IMG/VR virus record: IMGVR_UViG_2974529408_000001
Coordinates: 2,893-66,892 of that record
Strand: one strand, 5' to 3'
DNA length: 64,000 nucleotides
Source: a virus
Taxonomy: Duplodnaviria; Caudoviricetes
The notes below the pieces were generated by a model. It worked only from the letters and a program-made list of their open reading frames with translations, was not told the DNA's origin and searched no databases. The first letter of the stretch is position 1, and each line of letters opens with the position of its first letter. Of the stretch, positions 28,227 through 36,544 are shown one piece after another. The position numbers were made by a program, and so were the translations under genes.

Positions 28227-28498
28227 TGTTGGCCGTCGCCCTGGCTGAAGAGCTGGGCGGGGGCTTTACGTGGTCTGATCTATCAGCGGGTGCATTGGTG
28301 GCGATCATCGTCATGCTCATCTTGCTGGGCAGATTGGTGCCAAAGTCTTCGCTGATCAAGGCCGAGAAGGAAGCCGAGTACTGGCGCGAAGCTGCGATGA
28401 AGGCTTTGAACCAGAACACGGAATTGATCAACGCAGCTCGATCTGGAACCCAGGTGGCAGCATACGTGCAGCAACTGGCGGAAGGGGCTGATTCCTAA
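28226..28498 (+). CDS. membrane protein (lysis accessory)
   Basis: One TM, GRLVP...YWRE coiled coil. Confidence 0.7.
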   Translation: MLAVALAEELGGGFTWSDLSAGALVAIIVMLILLGRLVPKSSLIKAEKEAEYWREAAMKALNQNTELINAARSGTQVAAYVQQLAEGADS

Positions 28499-28692
28499 TG
28501 CACTGGTGGCCATGGGGGAGGGGCACTACTCGGGACGCTGAGGCCGGAGCCAGGGAAGCTCAAAGCCATATCAGCAGACTAGATGGCCAAGAAGGTGAAG
28601 TGAAGCGGCTGGCAGAACTGGGTCGTAACCAGCAGCTTCATAATCACTTTGGCGAGGGAATTGAGCGTGCCATGAAACGGAGGTATGCGTGA
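28498..28692 (+). CDS. small lysis-cassette protein
   Basis: TAATG coupling; MHWWPW...NHFGE. Confidence 0.65.
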   Translation: MHWWPWGRGTTRDAEAGAREAQSHISRLDGQEGEVKRLAELGRNQQLHNHFGEGIERAMKRRYA

Positions 28693-29084
28693 AACAGGCT
28701 GCCATCAGCGCCTCAGCAACGACGGCAGTTGGCTCTTGTATTTATCTGGGAGTAGTGTATGGCCTGGGAGCCGATCCTGTATTTGCAGCCAACATTCTGC
28801 TGACCCTAATGTGCGGGTTCTCTTGGGTCTTTACTTTCTTGTATGGATTCAGATCACAATGGAACCTGACGGGGGCTGGGCGCACTCTCATGTACCTTTC
28901 CTTGTCATTCTCACTAGTCTTAACGCAGACCATGGCGTCCGTTTGGTCTCATTCGGAGTATCCCGCCAGGGGAATCGTCAGATTCATAGTCTACTTTGTC
29001 TTGGCCGCAGCCCTGCTCAATATGGTGCGCCGTGTCTTGATTGAGCAGGCTCTGGACGAGCAAGACAGGAACAACTTCAACTAA
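28689..29084 (+). CDS. multi-pass membrane protein (holin-like)
   Basis: About 4 hydrophobic segments; GTGA overlap. Confidence 0.7.
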   Translation: MKQAAISASATTAVGSCIYLGVVYGLGADPVFAANILLTLMCGFSWVFTFLYGFRSQWNLTGAGRTLMYLSLSFSLVLTQTMASVWSHSEYPARGIVRFIVYFVLAAALLNMVRRVLIEQALDEQDRNNFN

Positions 29085-29378
29085 ATATCGCACCAAGCGG
29101 GAGCCCGCTGGGGTATGGGAAACAATCCCACCCTGGTGGGTTTCCCCCTTTATATTGCGCGCCCGTCAAGGGAAACAAGGAGGGAGAATCCCTCCCTGAT
29201 GGGTAGGGTTTCCCTTCCCATCTTTGATCGCCCGCAGGGCTTGGTGCGCGGCGGCGGTGGTAAAGGGGAATCGGGCATCGAACGTACGTTCGGATTACCC
29301 GGATCGTTCCCTACGCGTATAGAGTCGGAATCGACCGAGGGCAGACGACCCCCGGCACGAAACCGATAGGACCCCGAA

Positions 29379-29801
29379 ATGCAGAACTACTCCGCCGACG
29401 TTATCCGCGCCGCGATTGCCGACCTACCCGCCGACGATACGGTCGTCGCTGCGCAGCGAAAGGCCGCAAACCTGCCGAACGTTGCCCCGTCCGAGGTGCA
29501 CGAGCTGCACGCCGCCGCGTACTCGGCACTTACCGGGATCGACGTCGATCCGAAGGTAGTGCAGATCGTCCTATCGCTGCACGGTGCCGTGCAGCGGTCG
29601 CAGCTTAACCGGGACCGCTCGCAGTACCGGGGTCGCACGGTCGCGTCTCTCCGAAAGGGTGCCGAGACGCTAGCCGAGAACCTTTCGACGGTTCCGGCAG
29701 AACTGCCGGGTGCAATCGCAGCTCGCAACGCGGCCCCGGCCCCGGCCCCGGCCCCGGCCCCGACGAGCAAGGCACGCCGCAAGGCACCGGCCCCGAAGTA
29801 G
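29379..29801 (+). CDS. hypothetical protein, paralogue of 39142..39621
   Basis: AGGA RBS; VQIVLSLHG motif; PAPAPA linker; RRKAPA tail. Confidence 0.75.
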   Translation: MQNYSADVIRAAIADLPADDTVVAAQRKAANLPNVAPSEVHELHAAAYSALTGIDVDPKVVQIVLSLHGAVQRSQLNRDRSQYRGRTVASLRKGAETLAENLSTVPAELPGAIAARNAAPAPAPAPAPTSKARRKAPAPK

Positions 29802-29808
29802 GGCAGGA

Positions 29809-29840
29809 CGGCCCCGACTCTTCGGAGTCGGGGCCGCTTC
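29809..29840 (+). terminator. intrinsic terminator-like hairpin with UUCG loop
   Basis: CGGCCCCGACTC-TTCG-GAGTCGGGGCCG, 12-bp perfect stem. Confidence 0.8.
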
Positions 29841-29932
29841 ACTATCGCGCGGCTGCGCACACCAAAAAAAATAATTCGGGGGAGAACCCAAAAAGGGTAG
29901 AAAGTTCTCCCACTGCGGGAAGGTACACCAAA

Positions 29933-30127
29933 ATGCACGCGAAAGTCGAAATCGTTTCCATCGAAGAAGTTTCGGGCGTTTCACCAGACGTTCGATGCGA
30001 GTCCATCGGTTGCGGGCGGCATGCGACCAAAGACGTAATCCTTCTTCTGAACGGGGAGCCGGAATGCGGCTCCACCGCCTGCGACCTGCACGCGGACTCC
30101 ATCGCCGAGGAGCTGCGCAATGCCTAA
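29933..30127 (+). CDS. small Cys-rich hypothetical protein
   Basis: GAAGG RBS; CxxxxC...CxxH. Confidence 0.6.
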   Translation: MHAKVEIVSIEEVSGVSPDVRCESIGCGRHATKDVILLLNGEPECGSTACDLHADSIAEELRNA

Positions 30128-30422
30128 GATCCACAGGGGCTCGCACGCACCATACGAGGCAGTCGTCGGCATCGTTGGACACGGACTCGGCAAGCTCCAC
30201 TACGCCTACCGCGACCAGTGCTACGGAGGCGAGGAACTCCAATTTCGGGTCCGCACTGCGAGGCATCGGTACTCTCCACTCGGAGACGGAAGTGCAAACT
30301 CTGAACTGCGGAAGCTAGGCATTACCGGACCAAAGCGCCCGGCGTGCCCGACCTGCTGGACCGAGGTCTCGATTACCAACGATTGCGAGTGCAGCGATGC
30401 ACTCCAGAAAGTAAGGGCGTAA
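30120..30422 (+). CDS. hypothetical protein with C-terminal zinc ribbon
   Basis: GAGGAG RBS; CPTC...CEC. Confidence 0.65.
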   Translation: MPKIHRGSHAPYEAVVGIVGHGLGKLHYAYRDQCYGGEELQFRVRTARHRYSPLGDGSANSELRKLGITGPKRPACPTCWTEVSITNDCECSDALQKVRA

Positions 30423-30427
30423 CTCCA

Positions 30428-30628
30428 ATGCAAAACCATCCCGCTGATAAGCTTACCGACGGGTTCGCATGGACCCCGGCAGTGAAGGACTTCTGTACCG
30501 TCGACGCAACTCCAATCGACGACGGATGTGGAAAGAAGGCGACCGTAACCCACACGTGTCCAGACGGGGCCGTCTCCTTCTGGTGCTACGACCACGCGCT
30601 CGAAGAAATCGCAAACCCGTCCAGCTGA
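30428..30628 (+). CDS. small Cys-rich hypothetical protein
   Basis: 66 aa; C...C...WCYDH. Confidence 0.6.
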   Translation: MQNHPADKLTDGFAWTPAVKDFCTVDATPIDDGCGKKATVTHTCPDGAVSFWCYDHALEEIANPSS

Positions 30629-30640
30629 TGCGTTGCGTAT

Positions 30641-30669
30641 CCACTTTCGACCAGATAGGTCGAAAGTGG
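30641..30669. terminator. stem-loop
   Basis: CCACTTTCGACC-AGATA-GGTCGAAAGTGG. Confidence 0.6.
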
Positions 30670-30722
30670 GTGCGGAGTCCATTAAGCTAGCGATCGGCTT
30701 ACTCCACGACGAAAGGCATACC

Positions 30723-31115
30723 ATGAAGTTCACTCGACTCACCGGCAGCGATGGTCTCACGCATTTCTGCGACCACGAGCACGCCCCGTCTTACCACTGC
30801 GGACGGGAGGCGAACCACGAGGTGCGGCACTTCGAGTCGGACCACGACGGAGACTTCCAGTGGTGCGAGTACCGCTGCCCGCTCCATGCCGTCGAGGCAT
30901 TCCAGCCGGGGGCCGAAGGTACCATTGAGAAGCTCGACGACGGAGAGACCATTTACGTCCAGTCGTTCGTCGCCTATGGATGGCGGAGGGACTGGGGCTA
31001 CGTGGTGTGGCGTGGAGATTCTCGCGAAGGCGGATGGGTTGCCGTGAAGGACCCGATGGACCTCGATACTGCCGTGGACCTCCTCGGAGGCATCGAACGC
31101 CTCATGGGAGTCTAG
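30723..31115 (+). CDS. hypothetical protein
   Basis: GAAAGG RBS before ATG 30723. Confidence 0.7.
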   Translation: MKFTRLTGSDGLTHFCDHEHAPSYHCGREANHEVRHFESDHDGDFQWCEYRCPLHAVEAFQPGAEGTIEKLDDGETIYVQSFVAYGWRRDWGYVVWRGDSREGGWVAVKDPMDLDTAVDLLGGIERLMGV

Positions 31116-31126
31116 GCTACCAAGCC

Positions 31127-31163
31127 GGGTGCTCGAACTTTCCATAAGAAAGTTCGAGCACCC
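31127..31163. terminator. stem-loop
   Basis: GGGTGCTCGAACTTTC-CATAA-GAAAGTTCGAGCACCC, 16-bp perfect stem. Confidence 0.65.
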
Positions 31164-31212
31164 TATTGGAAGTCTAGCGCAGAGCGCGCTATCCACTAAG
31201 AAAGGAAAACCA

Positions 31213-31650
31213 ATGAGCAACCAAATGCCGATGCCCTACGAGGGTGATCTGAGGAACGTCGAGTGGGGCCACGTTGGTCGTTCCGACTCCGAGACCTATG
31301 GTGTGGAGGGGGCGATCAACACGTCCACCGCAGGAGTCTTCATCACTCGGGAGGCACTGGATCGACTCGGTGAAATCCCGTCCAATGCCGGAGAAGCATT
31401 GGAGAAGCTCGCACGCATCGGAACCGAATGGACCGAGCAGCCCGATGGAACGTGGGCACCAACCGGCGAGGCAGTCGTGGTCTCGGACTGGACGCCGGAT
31501 GGAAAGTTCTACGAGTTCTCCACGATCTCCGACTTCTCCAGCTTCCGAGCCGTGTACTCGGTGGAGCACGACGCAATGGATGACGCGGTAACGATCCACG
31601 GAAGCGGCCTGCTCGATCTCGACGGGGGACCCACCTCGAACTTCGGCTGA
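31213..31650 (+). CDS. hypothetical acidic protein
   Basis: GAAAGGA RBS before ATG 31213. Confidence 0.7.
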   Translation: MSNQMPMPYEGDLRNVEWGHVGRSDSETYGVEGAINTSTAGVFITREALDRLGEIPSNAGEALEKLARIGTEWTEQPDGTWAPTGEAVVVSDWTPDGKFYEFSTISDFSSFRAVYSVEHDAMDDAVTIHGSGLLDLDGGPTSNFG

Positions 31651-31659
31651 ACCCAAACT

Positions 31660-31710
31660 AGGTCGCTACCCTGATCCGTACCTACTAGGGTAGGATAAGG
31701 GTAGCGACCT
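31660..31710. promoter_or_regulatory. inverted repeat enclosing a TAGGG-TAGGAT promoter motif
   Basis: AGGTCGCTACCCT 31660-31672 / AGGGTAGCGACCT 31698-31710. Confidence 0.6.
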
Positions 31711-31737
31711 GCTCGACTCAACCAGTTAGGATACCAA

Positions 31738-31881
31738 ATGCCGTACGAACCTTCCGCCATCAGCCAGGGGCTTGGCATCTTTGCCTTCATCATCCTGGTC
31801 GTTATCGCTGGCTGGGCCTGGGAGAAGATCAGCAGTTACGTTCTCCAGACCAGGGGAACCCGAGAGAGGATTGGCAAGTGA
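31738..31881 (+). CDS. small membrane protein (47 aa, absent from ORF track)
   Basis: AGGA RBS; LGIFAFIILVVIAGWAW TM; GTGA overlap. Confidence 0.65.
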   Translation: MPYEPSAISQGLGIFAFIILVVIAGWAWEKISSYVLQTRGTRERIGK

Positions 31882-32156
31882 TTGAGATGAATGCACTGGA
31901 CGAGCACGTTGAAGCGAGCGTGAAGTTCGTGAGGTTTTTGAACCGAGAGTTCAGCACGCTGAATGCCGAGGAGGAATCCACCGCAGCCGTGGACCTCGCG
32001 AACACCATTCGGCACCGACTCTCCAAGCACAACCAGTTCCTGTCCAGGAACCTCCAACTTCGGGACGTCACCATCTGCCTGCTGATGATGGGGCTGGACA
32101 TGCCGGTGATCGACTTGCTGAGCAAGCAGACCTTGGAATACCTCCGGAAGCTCTAG
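31878..32156 (+). CDS. hypothetical protein
   Basis: 92 aa, coupled to previous ORF. Confidence 0.6.
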   Translation: MIEMNALDEHVEASVKFVRFLNREFSTLNAEEESTAAVDLANTIRHRLSKHNQFLSRNLQLRDVTICLLMMGLDMPVIDLLSKQTLEYLRKL

Positions 32157-32199
32157 CCTCCGGATCACCGCAGTACCCAACTAGAAAGTGAGAAATAGA

Positions 32200-32601
32200 A
32201 TGAAGAAGCGCATCATTGGCGGAGCCCTCGGGGCCGTGGCAGCCTTCGTGGCATCGGTTGCCGTTCAGGCTGCTCCGGCCCAGGCCGAAATCGTAGACGA
32301 GTACGACGTGGTCAAGCACGTGAACTGTGCTCCGGAACACCTGCCCATCGAGCTGGAGCGGACGAACCAGTACGGCAATGACGAACGTGAGTTCGTCACC
32401 ATCACCGGCCCGACCAAGATTCCGGGGTGGAAGTGTGCCACCTGGGAGTTCATGGCAACCGACAGTATGGGAGGCGTGTCCAACTCGATGAACTCGGATG
32501 GGCCGGGCCGTCTATACTGCGCAATCTGGGTGAATGGGCAGATGGTCTCGGAGAACGAGTCCTACGGTGGTTCCTACGGGGATTACATTTACTGCATCTG
32601 A
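32200..32601 (+). CDS. exported protein, MmpS-like
   Basis: Sec signal MKKRIIGG...APAQA; C-terminal LYCAIWVNGQMVSEN...IYC. Confidence 0.6.
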   Translation: MKKRIIGGALGAVAAFVASVAVQAAPAQAEIVDEYDVVKHVNCAPEHLPIELERTNQYGNDEREFVTITGPTKIPGWKCATWEFMATDSMGGVSNSMNSDGPGRLYCAIWVNGQMVSENESYGGSYGDYIYCI

Positions 32602-32728
32602 CCTAATTGGGTCCGTTGAGTGCGCCTGGGACTTAAGGGGTTGGTCCCAGGTTGCGCTCTGCGCACCTACTAGGGTAGGTTCGATACGAGAGCAGGAGAG
32701 CCCTGCTCCAGATTGGTAAGGATAGGGA

Positions 32729-32995
32729 ATGCATATTCCAGAGCAGTTTGAGGAGTGCCGAATCTACGGCCACGCATGGAAGACTCACGCCATCGGATTC
32801 CACCGTGGGTGGATCGAGGAAGAGTTGGAGTGCATTCGGTGCGCCACCAAGAAGGTCAGCAACCTCCAGCGCAAGACCGGCTTGGTCTTGAAGGTCCGGT
32901 ACGTCTACCCGCCCAACTACATCCAGAAGGGCGAGAAGTTCGGCCGTCTGGAACGTGGTTCACTCCGTGTCCGCCATCTCAAGGGAAGGGGCTAA
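32729..32995 (+). CDS. small Zn-binding hypothetical protein
   Basis: CRIYGHAW...CIRC. Confidence 0.7.
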   Translation: MHIPEQFEECRIYGHAWKTHAIGFHRGWIEEELECIRCATKKVSNLQRKTGLVLKVRYVYPPNYIQKGEKFGRLERGSLRVRHLKGRG

Positions 32996-32999
32996 TCAA

Positions 33000-33860
33000 A
33001 TGGCGATCAAGTGCGGCAACTGCAAGCAGTACCACGACACCGTGGATGACGTGAAGGCGTGCCACTTTGGTGACGGATTGCTCGCCGATGTGGAAGAAGA
33101 GAACAACGCCATCGAAGCCCATCAGTTGGGTATGGCTTACGAGCACGAAGTCGCTGAAGACCCGTGGGCAGCCGAGCCTGAGGCTCGACGGGTGAACCCG
33201 TACGGCATCGGAGCGGTTCAGCAGAGCGGTGAGGGATTCCTCACCGGGCGCAAGGCCCAGAAGGTCTACCTCAACGTGCCTTTCGTTGAGAAGGACCGGG
33301 CCAAGACCGAGTTCGGTGCCAAGTGGGACGCCAAGGAGAAGAGGTGGTGGGTCTACGATGATGCCGACTTCGACTCCATGCCGGACAAGTGGTACCTGGC
33401 CTCTGGAAGCGACTCGGCTCTGGCGGACAGGCACGCTGCCTCTGCCAATTCCCGACCGTTCAATCCGATCAACGAAGATGGATTCTATCGGGTGAAGGAT
33501 GAGTTCGTTGGTGTGCTTGAGGCCGAGTTCATCAAGGTCCAGATGAATCGCGAAGGCTCCAGACTCTACGCCAAGCGTCTCAACAAGAACTACCCTGAGA
33601 AGCTGGAGCTGGAGCCCAACCCGAAGAATGCCATCTCCCTGTGGTGCGCCCAGAATGGAATGGGCAGGCCCATCGAGTGGGAGTTCATCAGCGGGCTCTA
33701 CTCAAATACAGGTGCCCACATGGTTGAGAAACTGAGCTTGGAGGAAGGCGAGGCATTTGGACGCCTGTATGGGGTCTGCATGAAATGCGGAGCGTTCCTC
33801 ACCAACGAAGAGTCCATCGAACGGGGCATGGGCCCCATCTGCGCAGGAAAGTGGAACTGA
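33000..33860 (+). CDS. DUF5710-like / DUF6011-like domain protein
   Basis: YLNVPFVEKDRAK..GAKWD...WW and CMKCG..LT.EESI..GMGPIC. Confidence 0.7.
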   Translation: MAIKCGNCKQYHDTVDDVKACHFGDGLLADVEEENNAIEAHQLGMAYEHEVAEDPWAAEPEARRVNPYGIGAVQQSGEGFLTGRKAQKVYLNVPFVEKDRAKTEFGAKWDAKEKRWWVYDDADFDSMPDKWYLASGSDSALADRHAASANSRPFNPINEDGFYRVKDEFVGVLEAEFIKVQMNREGSRLYAKRLNKNYPEKLELEPNPKNAISLWCAQNGMGRPIEWEFISGLYSNTGAHMVEKLSLEEGEAFGRLYGVCMKCGAFLTNEESIERGMGPICAGKWN

Positions 33861-33861
33861 A

Positions 33862-34173
33862 ATGAACATCGACGCACTGCACCCCAACTACCGGCCGCCA
33901 AACAACGAGGCCGTTCACACTATCCGTGTCTTCACCCCTGGGGGCATTGAGACCCTGAGGTTGGAGAGCGACTTCCCTTCGACCGACCCCCTGGTCCGAT
34001 CATTCAACGGGGTGGTCAAGGAGTGGGGATGGAATCTCCACCCCGAGTTCGCCGAGGCGTTGGAGGATGGCCTTCGCGGCTTCTCCATCAAGTCCTGGCC
34101 CATCGGCACGCCCACACAGTGGGCCAACGGCCATCTTGGTACTGTTCAATTCGTTCGGAAGGCAGCAGTCTGA
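33862..34173 (+). CDS. hypothetical protein
   Basis: Tightly packed operon ORF. Confidence 0.65.
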   Translation: MNIDALHPNYRPPNNEAVHTIRVFTPGGIETLRLESDFPSTDPLVRSFNGVVKEWGWNLHPEFAEALEDGLRGFSIKSWPIGTPTQWANGHLGTVQFVRKAAV

Positions 34174-34616
34174 TGACCAAGAAGCGCAATGGCGCTGATG
34201 TCTGGTACATCGGACGACCGGAGTCTGGTAAGATGACCGGGTTCACACAGAGCGAGGAGCACGCGCTGAAGACCGAGAATGGTACGCCGGTATTGGCGCC
34301 GGGTGATGTTCGCCGCGTCTGGGAGTCCGAGTACGCCCGGATCAAGGCTCGTCGCGAGCGCATCTGGGAGATGCTGCTGGACACGATGGAGGAGCTGTAC
34401 GAACTCCAAGAGAAGTTCGACGGTGAGAGGGTTGGTGACCCGGACCAGGATAGCCTGGCGGTGAAGTACAACGAGACCATCGCCCGGATCGACGCCTTCC
34501 AGTGTGCCCTGGCAGTCCTGGAGCTACCCTTTGGCAAGTACGACCAGGACCCCACTGCCGCCATCCAGACCATCGAAAACAAGGCCATCCAGAAGTACGA
34601 AGCGGAGGCCGAGTGA
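34173..34616 (+). CDS. hypothetical protein
   Basis: TGATG coupling. Confidence 0.7.
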   Translation: MTKKRNGADVWYIGRPESGKMTGFTQSEEHALKTENGTPVLAPGDVRRVWESEYARIKARRERIWEMLLDTMEELYELQEKFDGERVGDPDQDSLAVKYNETIARIDAFQCALAVLELPFGKYDQDPTAAIQTIENKAIQKYEAEAE

Positions 34617-34825
34617 TGTCCAAGATGGAGAAGAAGTTCACCTACAGCCACCTGGACAAGGACGGGCTTCCAGCTCCGAAGACTCCCGAAGAGCGATGCT
34701 ACCATTACAGGTGGCTCGATCAGCACTTTGGGACCGACACCGACTCCCCGCTCCACCACAACCATCGCTGCGTTCTGTGTGGCGAGAAGAGAAGAAAGGC
34801 CAGAAATGGGCAACATCACCAATGA
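34616..34825 (+). CDS. hypothetical protein
   Basis: TGATG coupling, GGAGG RBS; C.H...CxxC. Confidence 0.6.
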   Translation: MSKMEKKFTYSHLDKDGLPAPKTPEERCYHYRWLDQHFGTDTDSPLHHNHRCVLCGEKRRKARNGQHHQ

Positions 34826-35087
34826 GGTATCGCTGACCTGCGATGGACCGCGATGCCACGAGAAGATCATTTGGGACGGTGACATCAGTGGTCCGGATGA
34901 TCTCTACTCCGATTGGCTGTCAAGCCAGATGCGGAAGTCCGCCATCGAGAATGGTTGGTACATCGTGGACCAGGAGATTCTGATGGAGGACGGGTGCTAC
35001 TACGCCTTCCACAACGTGGCATGTCTGAAGCGGTACTTCAGGGAGCACGCCACCAGCCGCAAGCCGAAGTTGCACTTCCTGCCCTAG
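34806..35087 (+). CDS. hypothetical Zn-finger-like protein
   Basis: CDGPRC...HNVAC. Confidence 0.65.
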   Translation: MGNITNEVSLTCDGPRCHEKIIWDGDISGPDDLYSDWLSSQMRKSAIENGWYIVDQEILMEDGCYYAFHNVACLKRYFREHATSRKPKLHFLP

Positions 35088-35206
35088 TAGGGTAGGATGA
35101 CGGTAGACCGAGGGAGAGCCCCTTGGCACCAAGATGGAGGACTAGGATGGCACTCAGCAACATCTGGCCCCACTCATTCGACGAGATCAACTAAGGAGCA
35201 AGACCA

Positions 35207-35686
35207 ATGACCGAGACCACCACACGCGAGTTCCAGATCGGCGATTACGTTCGCATCAGCAAGGACCACATTGCCGAGATTCTGGAAGTGCCGCAGGCAA
35301 GCCACGCGGACCATGTGGGGCAGATCACTGAGCTTCACATGCCGGGGCCGATCCCGATTGTCCAGTTCTCGCACATTGGTGGCGAGTACAGCTTCAGCCC
35401 CAACGAGTTGCAGTTCATCGCCCGACCGCTCTATGAAGTCGCTCGTGACATCGTTGCCTGCTGGAAGAAGAAGCGACCCAGCCAGGCGACCATCGCTTAC
35501 GCTGGTCCGTACGTCGAGGCTATCGCTGGAATGCGCAAGCCGTCTGACTCGTACGGCCTGGAGAGCGGCGACATGATCATCGCCTACCTGCTGAACAATC
35601 TCCGCAACTGGCGGGGTGAGGATGCACGGCGCATCAAGGCCGAGCTGAACCGTGCGCTGGACGCCTACCGGGACGGCTGGCGATGA
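35207..35686 (+). CDS. hypothetical protein (SH3-like N-terminus)
   Basis: AAGGAG RBS; FQIGDYVRI; YLLNNLRNWRGEDARRIKAEL. Confidence 0.75.
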   Translation: MTETTTREFQIGDYVRISKDHIAEILEVPQASHADHVGQITELHMPGPIPIVQFSHIGGEYSFSPNELQFIARPLYEVARDIVACWKKKRPSQATIAYAGPYVEAIAGMRKPSDSYGLESGDMIIAYLLNNLRNWRGEDARRIKAELNRALDAYRDGWR

Positions 35687-35805
35687 GCGACGGGTGGATG
35701 GACGACTTCTTGGAGGCCGCGTACGAGGATGCCAATGGTGGACTCGTGGACACCTCTCGTGAGTACGATGACGAAGACATTTGGGACTGGGAGGGCGACG
35801 AATGA
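35683..35805 (+). CDS. 40-aa highly acidic peptide (absent from ORF track)
   Basis: ATGA overlaps at both ends; 16 of 40 residues D/E. Confidence 0.65.
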   Translation: MSDGWMDDFLEAAYEDANGGLVDTSREYDDEDIWDWEGDE

Positions 35806-36395
35806 GCGGGATGGACAAGGCCCAGGCGTTCGCCGCCGAGGCCCAAGCCAACGGTTGGACCACGAAGATCGAAACCAAGAACGGTGACGAGACTCATGTG
35901 GAGGCCGAGCGCAAGGGTGAACGCATCACGATCTGGTGGCGGGGCAACTCGCTGATTGAGACGCCGTTCCACCACTTCATGGGGCAGGTCAAATCGCTCC
36001 ACAACAAGGCGACGGCTACCCGCCAGCTTTCGATGAAGCCGAACCCCAAGGGGTTCCGTGGACCGAAGATGGGTGCGAGGTTTGTGGACCTCAAGCTCAC
36101 CGAGGATGGTGGCCTTCCGGAGGAAGTGGATCTTGAGTCCATCCGGTACCCGCTGCCATTCGACCCGAAGGAGTCCACGGATGGGGAGATTCTGAAGGAG
36201 ATTCGGGGCTCCACAATCGTCTTCGTCAATCGGATCAGCGGCAAGGGCGAGAGCGTCCACGTGGCCCGTTCGCTGAACATGAAGCCAGATAACTTCTATC
36301 TGGAGGAGTCGACTGAAGGGAAGCTCTACGTCACCTTCCTCTCAGCGACCGGCTTCAGGTCCGTCTACATCGACTCCATCCTGAGGATCATGTAG
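35802..36395 (+). CDS. hypothetical protein
   Basis: GGAGG RBS before ATG 35802. Confidence 0.75.
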   Translation: MSGMDKAQAFAAEAQANGWTTKIETKNGDETHVEAERKGERITIWWRGNSLIETPFHHFMGQVKSLHNKATATRQLSMKPNPKGFRGPKMGARFVDLKLTEDGGLPEEVDLESIRYPLPFDPKESTDGEILKEIRGSTIVFVNRISGKGESVHVARSLNMKPDNFYLEESTEGKLYVTFLSATGFRSVYIDSILRIM

Positions 36396-36544
36396 TGAAG
36401 TTCGCGCAATGCACCGAATGCGGTGGGTCCTGTGATCCTGTCTTTGACATGGTTACGGTATCCACCGCGTTTGGTGAAGTAGAGATTCCAATGTGCTGCG
36501 ATTGTTATGAGGAGGTGTATGGTGAAGCGGGTAGTGAAGACTGA
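36395..36544 (+). CDS. small zinc-ribbon protein (absent from ORF track)
   Basis: TAGTG coupling; CTEC...CCDC; fills the gap before the helicase. Confidence 0.5.
   Translation: MKFAQCTECGGSCDPVFDMVTVSTAFGEVEIPMCCDCYEEVYGEAGSED

Noticed and set aside
29085-29378. attP/integration cassette at the arm junction, and ORF 29115..29369
   Set aside because: No integrase or repressor in the window; the ORF lacks an RBS and runs through inverted repeats
29731-29762. (CCGGCC)n hexamer repeat as a regulatory or contingency locus
   Set aside because: In-frame, encodes a Pro-Ala linker; length changes would not shift frame
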